From: Heteronotia binoei
Taxonomy: Eukaryota
DNA length: 64,000 bases
Assembly: GCF_032191835.1 (NCBI RefSeq)
Contig: NC_083227.1
Coordinates: forward strand, 39,928,001-39,992,000
Direction of reading: 5' to 3'
Shown here: positions 25,438 through 35,020 of the stretch, piece after piece
How the letters are laid out: every line of letters begins with the position of its first letter
How positions within the stretch are numbered: the first letter of the stretch is position 1
Made by a program: the position numbers and the translations under genes
Notes under the pieces: model-generated
The model's database searches: none
What the model saw: only the letters and a program-made list of their open reading frames with translations
Told to the model about the DNA's origin: nothing

Positions 25438-25623
25438 AGTATCACCTATGCAGCACACACACAGTACAATCCTAAACAGGCTTTCCCATCGAGTTAAAAA
25501 TAGAACTTTGCTCACTAATAAGGATGTTGACTATTGCAGGCATACGGGGCTTCAAACCCATACTAAATAGAACCGACGCCTTTTTCCAGTCCCACACACT
25601 TTCCTCCAGTCCGGCTCCCTTAC

Positions 25624-25800
25624 CCGTTTGCCTTCCAAGTCCAACAGCAAACCTGCACGTGTTAGCATAAACCGCTTCTTCAGTTCCCGGAGAGACAAGC
25701 CTTGGAGGAGCACGAATACGGAGCGGCTTCGAGAGCAGTAGAAAAAAGAACAGGAAGTAGAAGTGCGCTCCGCATAAAACCTGTCGGCGGGCGCGAAATC
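25624..25800 (-). promoter_or_regulatory. Likely non-coding first exon and CpG-rich promoter of POLR1H
   Basis: Minus-strand donor AAACGG|gtaagg after 25624; E-box cacgtg 25656-25661, ETS caggaagt 25751-25758, E2F gcgcgaaa 25791-25798; CpG-rich to ~26120. TSS not determinable from sequence. Confidence 0.6.
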
Positions 25801-26069
25801 CGAGTCGAGAAGTTCCTAGGCAGTGTATTAGTTGTGCGCTTTTCTGAAAGTAATCTGACTGAATTCGTGACCCTTATTTCCGAGTTAACTTGCTTCAGAT
25901 GGGGCTGCGCAGCTGCAGTCTTCAAGTATATGTTCAACGTCTTACTTCTGTGTAAACGTGCAAAAAATCTGGTTGCGCAGGAATTTCCAAGTGACGGGTG
26001 TCGTTGCAATGGACAGACAAACTAGTCTACTCAAGACGAACGAGCATATCCAGATAAAGATTTCGTCGG

Positions 26070-26177
26070 TTTGCTGTGATGATAAGAAACACGTTTCCAA
26101 AACCGGTGATGCCCGCGGGCATGTTAAAGGTTCACTGGTCACTAATTCTTGATTTTTATTTATGTATACTGAGCAAA
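26070..26177 (+). ncRNA. Candidate C/D-box snoRNA-like motif
   Basis: tttgc-TG-TGATGA (box C 26076-26082) ... CTGA (26169-26172)-gcaaa with a 5-bp terminal stem; no guide target or family recognised. Confidence 0.25.
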
Positions 26178-28159
26178 TGTTTCTAAAACGGTTTGCTTCT
26201 TCTGTGATAAGATATATCATTTACCAGGGAGCTAGATAGGTAATGAGTTATGCTAATGACCTCCACCACCTATTTTTCTACAAAACGATCCCTGGATTTT
26301 GTTGTTTTTTTCCCCCCAAGAACAGTCGGAATCAGTTTTTTGTTTGAGCAGGAACACAGTCCCGGCTGGCTTGGCATCACGAAGTGTGGCCTAATATGCA
26401 AATGAGTTCCTGCTGTGAAATGATGGTGCTGTCGGGGGGGGGGGCGGCCTAATATGCATATGTTCATACTGGGCTTTTCCTACCAAAAAAGCTTTGGTCT
26501 GAATTAGAATGAGCTCAAAGAAAGTTCCTCATAGTGGGCTCGTGTTGTTAACCAGCTACTCAATCCTAACCAAATTTGTGCACATTTCTATTTTCAAAAG
26601 TTTTATTTTCTTTATAAAATGCATGGACTACTGATTTGTATAACTGACCAAGGAGCTTACAACTATACCAACATAGTTAAAAGCAATACATTTTTTAAAA
26701 AATCACATCCATCATTTACATCATCGTTGGGATAGAACTAAAAGTTCTGCAGCTTGTATTTAAGTATAACTACCTGAAAACAATAATACTTTAAAGCTTA
26801 TGATGGAATAAATGCTGTAACAAGATTTACTCCAGCATAAGCTTTAAAGTGCTCCTGTTTTATTTTGCTGCTACAGACTAACACTGATATCCATCTAATA
26901 TTATTTGTTTAGGCTTTGTGGGTTTGTTTTCGCTTTACCCTCATAAAACCTTGTATGATAATTTATGCTGAGAGAGAGAGAGAGTGACTAGCTCAAAGCC
27001 TCCCCTTGAGCTTCCTTACAGAATGGGAATCAGGATCTGGGTTACTTCATTTCCTGAATGCCAGCACAAAGAATGGTTATGAGACTCATATGAATGGATA
27101 GTTAGCCAGCCAGACTGTTTTTGGCACCTCTGACTGAGGACAGTGAAAAACCACAGTAAATGTTTCAAGGTGTGTGCAGTACAGTTGAAACATGACCCAA
27201 AGATCATCCCTGAACTGTCTTCAAGAACAGCCATGTACAGAAGATGTTGCAGTAATATAATCTAGAGCTTTCTAAAGCATGCAGTAAACTCCAGCTAGTG
27301 GCATGACTGGTGAAACAACCCACTTCAGGTTGAACATACTAAGGCTATACCATAAAATTTGTTTTCTTTTCCTTGTCACCCTGCATTCTCAACCTAACCA
27401 GCTGGTTCACAGTTGCCATAACTATTGTAGAACATAACCCACTGATAGAACTAAAACAGTTAGCATGTGTAGCCCATCAGAGTTCTTAATGCTCAGCTGA
27501 GATTGTCACCACCATGCTAGAAAGCAGATTTTCAGAAACATCCTCAGGCAAGCTGTTCCATAACCACAAGTACAGTAACACCATGGCTGACTTCAAACCA
27601 TGAACAATCAGATGAGGTAGTCTGAAAGGAAACCTGTCCTCATCTCACTGAGCACATTTCTCTAGATCAGAGACATGATCCTTCGGATAAAAGGATTCCA
27701 GGTTAAGTAGGGCTTTAATGAACCAGTATCTTGAATGAGATCCAAGAAACAACTATACTATGTACAGTAACTATGAGAGAGAGAGAGATGAGAGATGAGA
27801 TGTATACTATGTACAGTAACCATACATGTTTTCACAAATTTAATAATTGAATCATAGCATCTAATTCCAGAAAGATATACAGCTGCATTTTGCACTACTG
27901 AAGCTTCTGACTATCCTCAAGGGGGTGCCATAGAGAGTGTGTTACACTAAACCAGCCTAGAGGTTATGGGTTGGGGCAGCAGCTGTATCTAGAAGTGTGG
28001 ATATAAATCGAATCAAATAAACATAGCTTAATGACCAGATGTAAGTAATAAAAAGCAGCTTTGGCCACAGTAGCAACCTACTTTTCAAATACCAAAGATA
28101 CAAGATCAGGCAATGTTAAACTAAATAAATTTAAAACAGCTCCGTCTGTAGAATCTCAG

Positions 28160-28620
28160 CTTCTCTGCCCAGCATCACCACTGGATTGTCTGAATTTGCT
28201 TCTTCTCCTCCTCCTCTTTTTTTGTCGAGTTTTCGGGAGTACTGTAGACTTTCAGACTCAAAAAAGGATTTGGTTTTTCTGTTAATTGCAGCTAGGCATG
28301 TAATTGCATCTAATTGGAATCAGAAGGAGCTACCATCACTTCCGAATTGGTTGAACAAGTGCTGGGAGTACTTTGTCCTTGATAAAATAACGGATAGCAC
28401 TTCCTGTAAAAGGCAGCTTGATTCAAGGTCAAAGTTATTAACTGTAGTCTCCACTTTTTAATTATTTTGTGTCTGATGTATGCTCCTTGTTTTTGGCTTC
28501 TGCTTGTAGATGTTTAAGTGGAATTTAATTGTTTAATTTAATCTGTTCTGCATTCTACTATATATTGTCATTGTAATTTTGACAAATCAGAAATAAAGTC
28601 TATGAAATTTTTAAAAATTC
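28160..28620 (+). mobile_element. L1/Tx1-like LINE 3' fragment
   Basis: AARHVIASNWNQKELPSLPNWLNKCWEYFVLDKIT resembles the L1/Tx1 ORF2 C-terminus; AT-rich 3' UTR ending near aataaa. Confidence 0.55.
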
Positions 28621-30167
28621 AGTTCAGCTTCTTCTCCCCCATCCACTTGTCCATAACACCTAGATTCAAGAAAGAGACAACCATTTCTGGATGTTTGGTT
28701 CATGAAATTTAAACCTCGGCATCTCAGCATATTCACATGACACCCAACTTGAAAGCTCCAATAGATCTCATTTAGTGGCTTTGTACAAGTCTTGAAAAGA
28801 AGTGTGAAAGGACAGAAGTGTACAGAACACCATGTTCACATTCCACCGCATATGATTCTATTACTGAAATGGAACTCAAATAAAGTTTTGTCTGAGCAGG
28901 CAAACAGACCAAAACCACTGGAGGACATCATTTCCGTAATTCTCAGTTTCTCCAGTCAGTATAGCAAGAGAGCCACAAACAGCATTCAAGGTGGCTGAAA
29001 AACTTAATAAAAACAAAGGATGGGCTACCTGTATCCATTTGTCAATAGAGATCATCCACCTAAGCTCTGTCTTTTCCTAAATCAAGCCAGCCCTAAAACC
29101 AGATTGAAAGAGGTTAAGGGGGAAAGTGTCATTCAGAATGCCGGGTTGCCCTGCTAGTGTTATGTATGTGCCTTAAGGTATGTACTTCCTGCCGGCTCAA
29201 TGGAGCCAGGAAAGCAGAACTTGGGGACTGTATAACAATGGGTAGTGAGATCCAAATACCTGCCACCTATCACAGACCCCTGCCTGTTTGAATGAACCAA
29301 TGGCAGGCTAGCGTGGGAGATTAGCGTTGTATATAGGTTTGGCCCACAGGCCCTTAGTCTTTGTTGGGAGCAGCCTTCACCATGCTTTCCTTAATAAAGA
29401 GCTGTCCTCACTATGATCTCGTCTCTGCAATGCTTTGAACCCACTATATTATAGCTAGCATGCACTCAATCACCTTTTGCCAGAAACATGATGCTGACCT
29501 ATACTTCACCACTTGGTGGTGGAGAATTTCAGTACTTTACACCCCCTGAGCCTAGTTACGGGGCTGATGCAATGAAACATTTGGCTTGCCAGTTAATTAC
29601 ACAGTTTCCCTCTATAAACAACTTCACTGCAACTTTTCAGAAGTTGCTTGAGACAGGAGAGCAAGGGCTCTCTTGCGGTCTGGGGTGATGTCAATAAAAA
29701 GAGCTTCCTGCCTCCCACAAGGCTCTTTGGGATAAGACTGACAGGACCAAGCTGTCTAGAGATCATTGCAGATACAAGCAGTTGTTAGTGAACAATTCCT
29801 TCTGAGCCAGTATACTCAAGAAGCAAAGCTGAAGCAGACTTATTAACCAGGTTGTTGGTGGTGGGGAGGAGGGAGTTCTGATATTGTATATTCCTGTCTC
29901 CTCCTTGTTCTTTATCCTATCTCCCTTGTGCCCTGATTGTTTTCCCTTTTAAACTGCCCTACATTAGATTTCATTCAGTCTACTGTTGTCTTTTTTTCTT
30001 TATGTAATGTAGAAATTAAAAGCCTGGCAGTCTTTCAGTTCTATCGTACGAATGCTTTCCTGGGATTAAGCCCTATTGAATAGATTTGAATAAGCATTTT
30101 AGGATGGCACTGTAATTATACTGTGTATGAAACTATGGAGTTAGCTGTGCGCCTGTCTGCTGGTCAT

Positions 30168-30625
30168 AGGGTTGCCAACCTCCAGGTGGTGTTAATATTA
30201 TTGTTGCTGCTTTGAACATTTAGGATTTAGTGGAGCCCTTCGTCTTTGCAGTGTTTGGGTATTGTTGTATATCTTTTGTATGTATAACTGTTTGCTAAGA
30301 TTTATAGTAACTGCTTGCTAAGATTTAGATATAAACGAGACATAACACAACATATGAGAAAGAGATTTCATATATAGATTTATTGATTTTGTCGCACAGT
30401 TGCTTTTTCTTGCTGGTCTGATACTGTGTTGCCATTTGATCTGGTCACCCTCCAGGTGGTGGCTGGAAATCTCCTGGGATTACAACTGATCTCCAGCTGA
30501 CAGAGATCACCTGGAGAGAATGGCTGTTTTGGAAAGTAGCCTTTATGGCATATACCCCACAGAAGTCCTCAGGCTCCACCCCGAAAATTTCCAGGCTTTT
30601 CCTACCCTGGAGCTGGCAACTCTAG
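30168..30625. mobile_element. agggttgcca-family MITE (composite/interrupted)
   Basis: tagggttgccaacctccaggtgg ... ccctggagctggcaactcta ends; duplicated ctccaggtggt suggests an internal insertion. Confidence 0.5.
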
Positions 30626-30957
30626 CATGTCAATCCACTGAATCCCCTTTCCCTGCAAATTCTTTGTTCCTCCTCCCTCTAGTTTGTGTCTTTCTCTGTA
30701 TGGTTGTCTTGATTTGGATCTAGCTCTCTTTTTCCTTCAAGGGAACATCTCTCATTTCCTGTCTTCCCCACCTAGTGTATTTTCACTCCTATCTATAACT
30801 CCTGCTCCATCTTGAACATAGTCTTGGTACTACAGAGATCCATGCACTGTGGATCTGATGAGATAAGCCATCAGCTCCTTGAACAAAGACACCAGTTCCT
30901 CACATCCATAGGCCACTCTCTCTCTGGTCTGCAATAAAAGATATTCTTCATCAGCAA

Positions 30958-31002
30958 ATGGGAAAGGATCTGGAGAAGCATAGCTACCTGTGCAAGCCAG
31001 AG
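30958..31002 (+). CDS. Putative upstream coding exon of OR-1 (MGKDLEKHSYLCKPE)
   Basis: ATG 30958, 15 full codons, donor GAG|gtgagt; splicing to acceptor ttttatag|33859 is in frame with the OR ORF; homologous exon and donor upstream of OR-2 (52567). Confidence 0.5.
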
Positions 31003-31124
31003 GTGAGTTTGGGAAGTAGAGCATCCAGGGAATGGCAAGAAAGAGAGCCAATTCAACAGGCAGCAGACCAAGTATGTGTGAAATGGAGGGAGAAGAATAT
31101 TTGCACGTATTTCTTAATAATAAT

Positions 31125-31300
31125 AACATTTAATTTATATCCCGCCCTCCCCGCAGAAGCAGGCTCAGAGTGGTTTACATAGCATAATATAAAATGCAAA
31201 CATTACAATAATACAATAATAAAAGTACACTGGTTACATAACAAATTATAAATTACAGTTCAATTATATGTATTATTACATTAAAACCATCAGATTTAAA
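31125..31300 (-). mobile_element. L2 3' end fragment
   Basis: atttatatcccgccctccccgcagaagcaggctcagagtggtttaca; same end as 45900-45960 and 55620-55690. Confidence 0.6.
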
Positions 31301-32159
31301 GACCAACAATTTAGTTTGGTGCTACAGTCTCGATGTTCTTGAGATTTGGCAGGTGGACTGATCTGTAGTATTGAAATGCGGGAGACCAAGGATATATAGG
31401 ACAGCTTACAGTATTTACTGCTTTATTTTTGTTACTTTACTAATACTTCCTCACTTTGAATTTGGAAAGGAGAGTCTGTGGCACTCTGAAATGTTTACAG
31501 AACATTTGTCCCCAATTTGAAATTCACATTCAGTTCTTTCCCCATAAGTAGATTGAAGTTAACAACGACAGTAGTAATAGTAATAATAAAAGTGGGTCTT
31601 TTATTATTCCTATTTATTATTACTACTATAGTAATAATAAAAGTATCATCACTACTATTAATTGTCACAGTCAGATATCTGACTGGTAGATGATAGATCT
31701 TGAACTGCAGAACATCATCTATCAGTCAAATATCTAACTGTGACAATAATAATGAGGATGAGGATGATAATCTTGATGAGGGTAATAACAACAGCAACTC
31801 CACTGTGCATTGCTTTGGTCCCTGACTTGTCTCATCTGCCATTCTGTTACCCGGATCTTGTTTTGAAGACTTCAGAGTTGGAGGTGATTTTACTCTTCTT
31901 TTGAATAGTTTACTGTCATCACTACTGGGCTTGACTCCAGAACATTCTGGAGAACTCCTGAATCAGAAAAGTTGCACTAAGCCAATGCCTTGGGTGTCCT
32001 CAGTGTGGTTCTGCATCTCTTTATCCCTACCCTCTGCTCCACATTTTCAAGCAGCTCTCTGTCCCTAGGACAATTTGTTCTCCTATGTTACTTACAGTAT
32101 AGCCTAGAGTTACACCCTCCAAAGCCCATTGACTTTAAAACCAGTTGAATTCAGAAGGT

Positions 32160-32660
32160 TGTTGTCTCAGCCTTCCATCCTTCTGAGGTCGCTAAAATGA
32201 ACATCCAGCTTGCTGGGGGTAAAGTGTAGATGACTGGGGAAGGCAATGACAAACCACCCCATTAAAAAGTCTGCCATGAAAATGTTGTGAAAGCAACGTC
32301 ACTCCATAGTCGGAAATGACTGGTGCTTGCACAGTGGACTACCTTTACCTTTAACACTGCTTAGTAGGACCTTCATGGCGCAGAGTGGTAAACTGCAGTA
32401 CTGTGGTCCAAGCTCTGCTCACAACCTGAGTTTGATCCCGGCAGAAGCTGGGTTCAGGTAGCTGGCTCAAGATTGACTCAGCCTTCCGTCCTTCCGAGGT
32501 CAGTAACATGAGTACCCAGCTTACTGGGGGCAAGTGAAGATGTCTGGGAAAGGCAATGGCAAACCACCCCATAAAAAGTCTGTCAAGAAAAAGTCATGAT
32601 GTGCCATCACTCCATAGGTTGATAATGACTCAGTGCTTGCACAGGGGACTACCTTTACCT
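32160..32660 (+). mobile_element. Two tandem Sauria SINEs (5'-truncated copy plus full copy)
   Basis: Both end in acctttacct; the second (32368-32660) is flanked by the 16-bp TSD taacactgcttagtag (32352-32367, 32661-32676). Confidence 0.85.
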
Positions 32661-32989
32661 TAACACTGCTTAGTAGTACATTTGTAGGTTATTTTATGTA
32701 GTGATTTTTTTTTGTCATTGACCTGGACTCTGTACACATGGCCAGAGCTTGGAAAGGCTCAAATGTAGTTCCATTCATGCTGCTGTGTTATGTAAGTGGT
32801 GTCACTAGCACGATGGATGCATATTGTGACAGTTTCACATGAACTATGTTTTGTGCTTATGCTACCATTCACTCAAGTGGAAAAAGCTTACATGATACTA
32901 ATGCAAAGACGGTCTGCCGCTTGTGAAAGGGTGCATATGTAAACAGAACTACAGTTTAGAATCTGACCCATTGTGTCAATTGTGATTTC

Positions 32990-33257
32990 ATAAGAACATA
33001 AGAGAAGCCATGTTGGATCAGGCCAATGGCCAATCCAGTCCAACACTCCGTGTCACACAGTGGCCCCCCAAAATTATATACACACACACACACACACTGT
33101 GGCTAATAGCCACTGATGGACCTCTGCTCCATATTTTTATCTAAACCCCTCTTGAAGGTGGCTATGCTTGCAGCCGCCACCACCTCCTATGGCAGTGAAT
33201 TCCATATGTTAATCACCCTTTGGGTGAAGAAGTACTTCCTTTTATCCGTTTTAACCT
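32990..33257 (-). mobile_element. CR1 3' end
   Basis: cataagaacataagagaagccatgttggatcagg... near-identical to 18470-18730. Confidence 0.88.
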
Positions 33258-33680
33258 GTCTGCCTTTTCCCAAGTCCACCACATATGGTAGAAAGATCCT
33301 TCTTGTTTTTTACATTTCCAACACCTATCCGACACCTGGTTGTTCTTTTTTGCCAATTTCTTAGGTGTCATGTACCACCTATATAACATGTTAAAGCAAT
33401 TTTCTTTAATATTATAACATGTAGATATTTTCATATCCTTCCATAAATGTTCCCATGACTCCATCTGTATTTCTTTATTCATATTTATCGCCCATTTTAT
33501 CATTTGTGATTTAACTATTTCATCTTCCATAGACCATTTCAATAATAGTTTATATGTCTTTGAAATCAGCTTTTCATTTTCCCCAAACAGCACTCTCTCC
33601 AGTTCTGTTTGTTCTTGTCTTATTCCATGGTTCTTAACGTCCTGTTCAAGCAAACTCTTTACTTGTTGCAATTGGAACCA
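33258..33680 (-). mobile_element. L1 ORF2 C-terminal fragment
   Basis: LYRWYMTPKKLAKKNNQVSDRCWKCKKQEGSFYHMWWT (CCHC), same family as 47520-48210. Confidence 0.85.
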
Positions 33681-33861
33681 ATTATATTTATATTTATATT
33701 GTATAAATATTTATATTGTATAATATATATGAGAGACTATGTATGGTCCAAAATCATCCTCATGTCAATTGTGATTTGAATCTGGGATTCAATGTCTGTT
33801 CTTCACACCTGTATAGTCTTTGTTGCTTGCTATTCATTATCTTTCATGACTTTTATAGACG

Positions 33862-34815
33862 ATGAACAGTGATGCATTATGGAAACACCATAACCAAAGC
33901 TACCAAGGAGAATTCATCTTACTGGGAGTGGCTGACCACCCTCGTTTGGAGATGGTGCTCTTTGCCATCATCCTGATGTGCTACACGATGACCCTCCTCG
34001 GCAATACCATCATCATTACCTTGTCCCATCTGGATCCACATCTCCACACCCCCATGTATTTCTTCCTTAGCAACCTCTCCTTTCTAGACATCTGTTACAC
34101 AACAAGTATTGGGCCCCAGATGCTGGTGAATTTCTGGGGGAAAAGAAAGACCATTACCTATGTTGGCTGTGCAGTCCAGCTGTTTGCCTCCCTTGCCCTG
34201 GGTGCAACAGAGTGTATTCTGTTGGCAGTCATGGCATATGACCGTTATGCTGCAGTCTGCCAGCCTCTGCATTACACCGTCATTATGAGCCACTCCACAT
34301 GTCTCAAAATGGCTGCCGTTTCCTGGTTGAGTGGCTTTGGTAATTCCCTAGTGACAACAGCAATGACTTTTATGCTTCCACTGTGTGGACAGAACAGCGT
34401 GGACCATTTTTTCTGTGAAGTATCGGCTTTGCTCAAACTGGCTTGTGTGGATACGTCAGTTAATGAGGCTGAGCTGTTTACTGTTAGTGTAGTCTTCCTT
34501 TTAGTGCCACTTGGGCTCATCATAGCCTCATATGGCTACATCACAGTAGCCATGCTGAAGATCCGCTCAGCTGAAGGCAGGCGCAAAGCTTTCAATACCT
34601 GTGCCTCCCACTTGACTGTGGTGTCACTTTTCTATGGGTCAGCAATTTTTAGTTATCTCCAGCCTCCTTCTAACTATTCACGTGACCAAGGCAAGATGAT
34701 TTCCCTGTTTTATACCATGGTGGCTCCAATGCTCAACCCATTAATCTACACACTGAGGAACAAAGAGGTCCACCGAGCTCTAAAAAGAGCAATGGGCAGG
34801 GTACAAATAGCTTAG
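33862..34815 (+). CDS. Olfactory receptor OR-1, class II, OR2-like, intact
   Basis: 317-aa ORF with [47 protein letters not shown] and [15 protein letters not shown]; NQS sequon; AATAAA ~45 nt after the stop. Confidence 0.97.
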   Translation: MNSDALWKHHNQSYQGEFILLGVADHPRLEMVLFAIILMCYTMTLLGNTIIITLSHLDPHLHTPMYFFLSNLSFLDICYTTSIGPQMLVNFWGKRKTITYVGCAVQLFASLALGATECILLAVMAYDRYAAVCQPLHYTVIMSHSTCLKMAAVSWLSGFGNSLVTTAMTFMLPLCGQNSVDHFFCEVSALLKLACVDTSVNEAELFTVSVVFLLVPLGLIIASYGYITVAMLKIRSAEGRRKAFNTCASHLTVVSLFYGSAIFSYLQPPSNYSRDQGKMISLFYTMVAPMLNPLIYTLRNKEVHRALKRAMGRVQIA

Positions 34816-34884
34816 CCCAGTAATTCTGGATTTCATTTCTAGAGGACCAGTAGTATCACTTAATAAATCAATTACAATTAAAAA

Positions 34885-35020
34885 CATAAGAGGCCTTGTT
34901 CGATCAGGCCAATGGCCCAACCAGTCCAACACTCTGTCACAAAGTGGCCAAAAAAACCCAGGTGCCATCAGCAGGTCCATCAATGGGGCCTGGAGACTAG
35001 AAGCCCTCCCACTGCTGCTC
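34885..35020 (-). mobile_element. CR1 3' UTR fragment (left half; continues at 38231-38375)
   Basis: aacataagaggccttgttcgatcaggccaatggcccaaccagtccaacactctg...; split by the Gypsy insertion. Confidence 0.7.

Noticed and set aside
25702-29000. Protein-coding Polr1has/Tctex4 ortholog or MHC class I exons
   Set aside because: No recognisable homology or consistent exon chain; no alpha1/alpha2 or Ig-C1 motifs seen.
32368-32460. tRNA gene-like sequences here and at other SINE heads
   Set aside because: They are 5' heads of Sauria/Squam SINEs continuing into SINE bodies; no complete cloverleaf.
33862-34815. OR-1 as a pseudogene because its canonical ATG hits a stop
   Set aside because: An upstream in-frame ATG restores a full 317-aa 7-TM ORF with all OR motifs.
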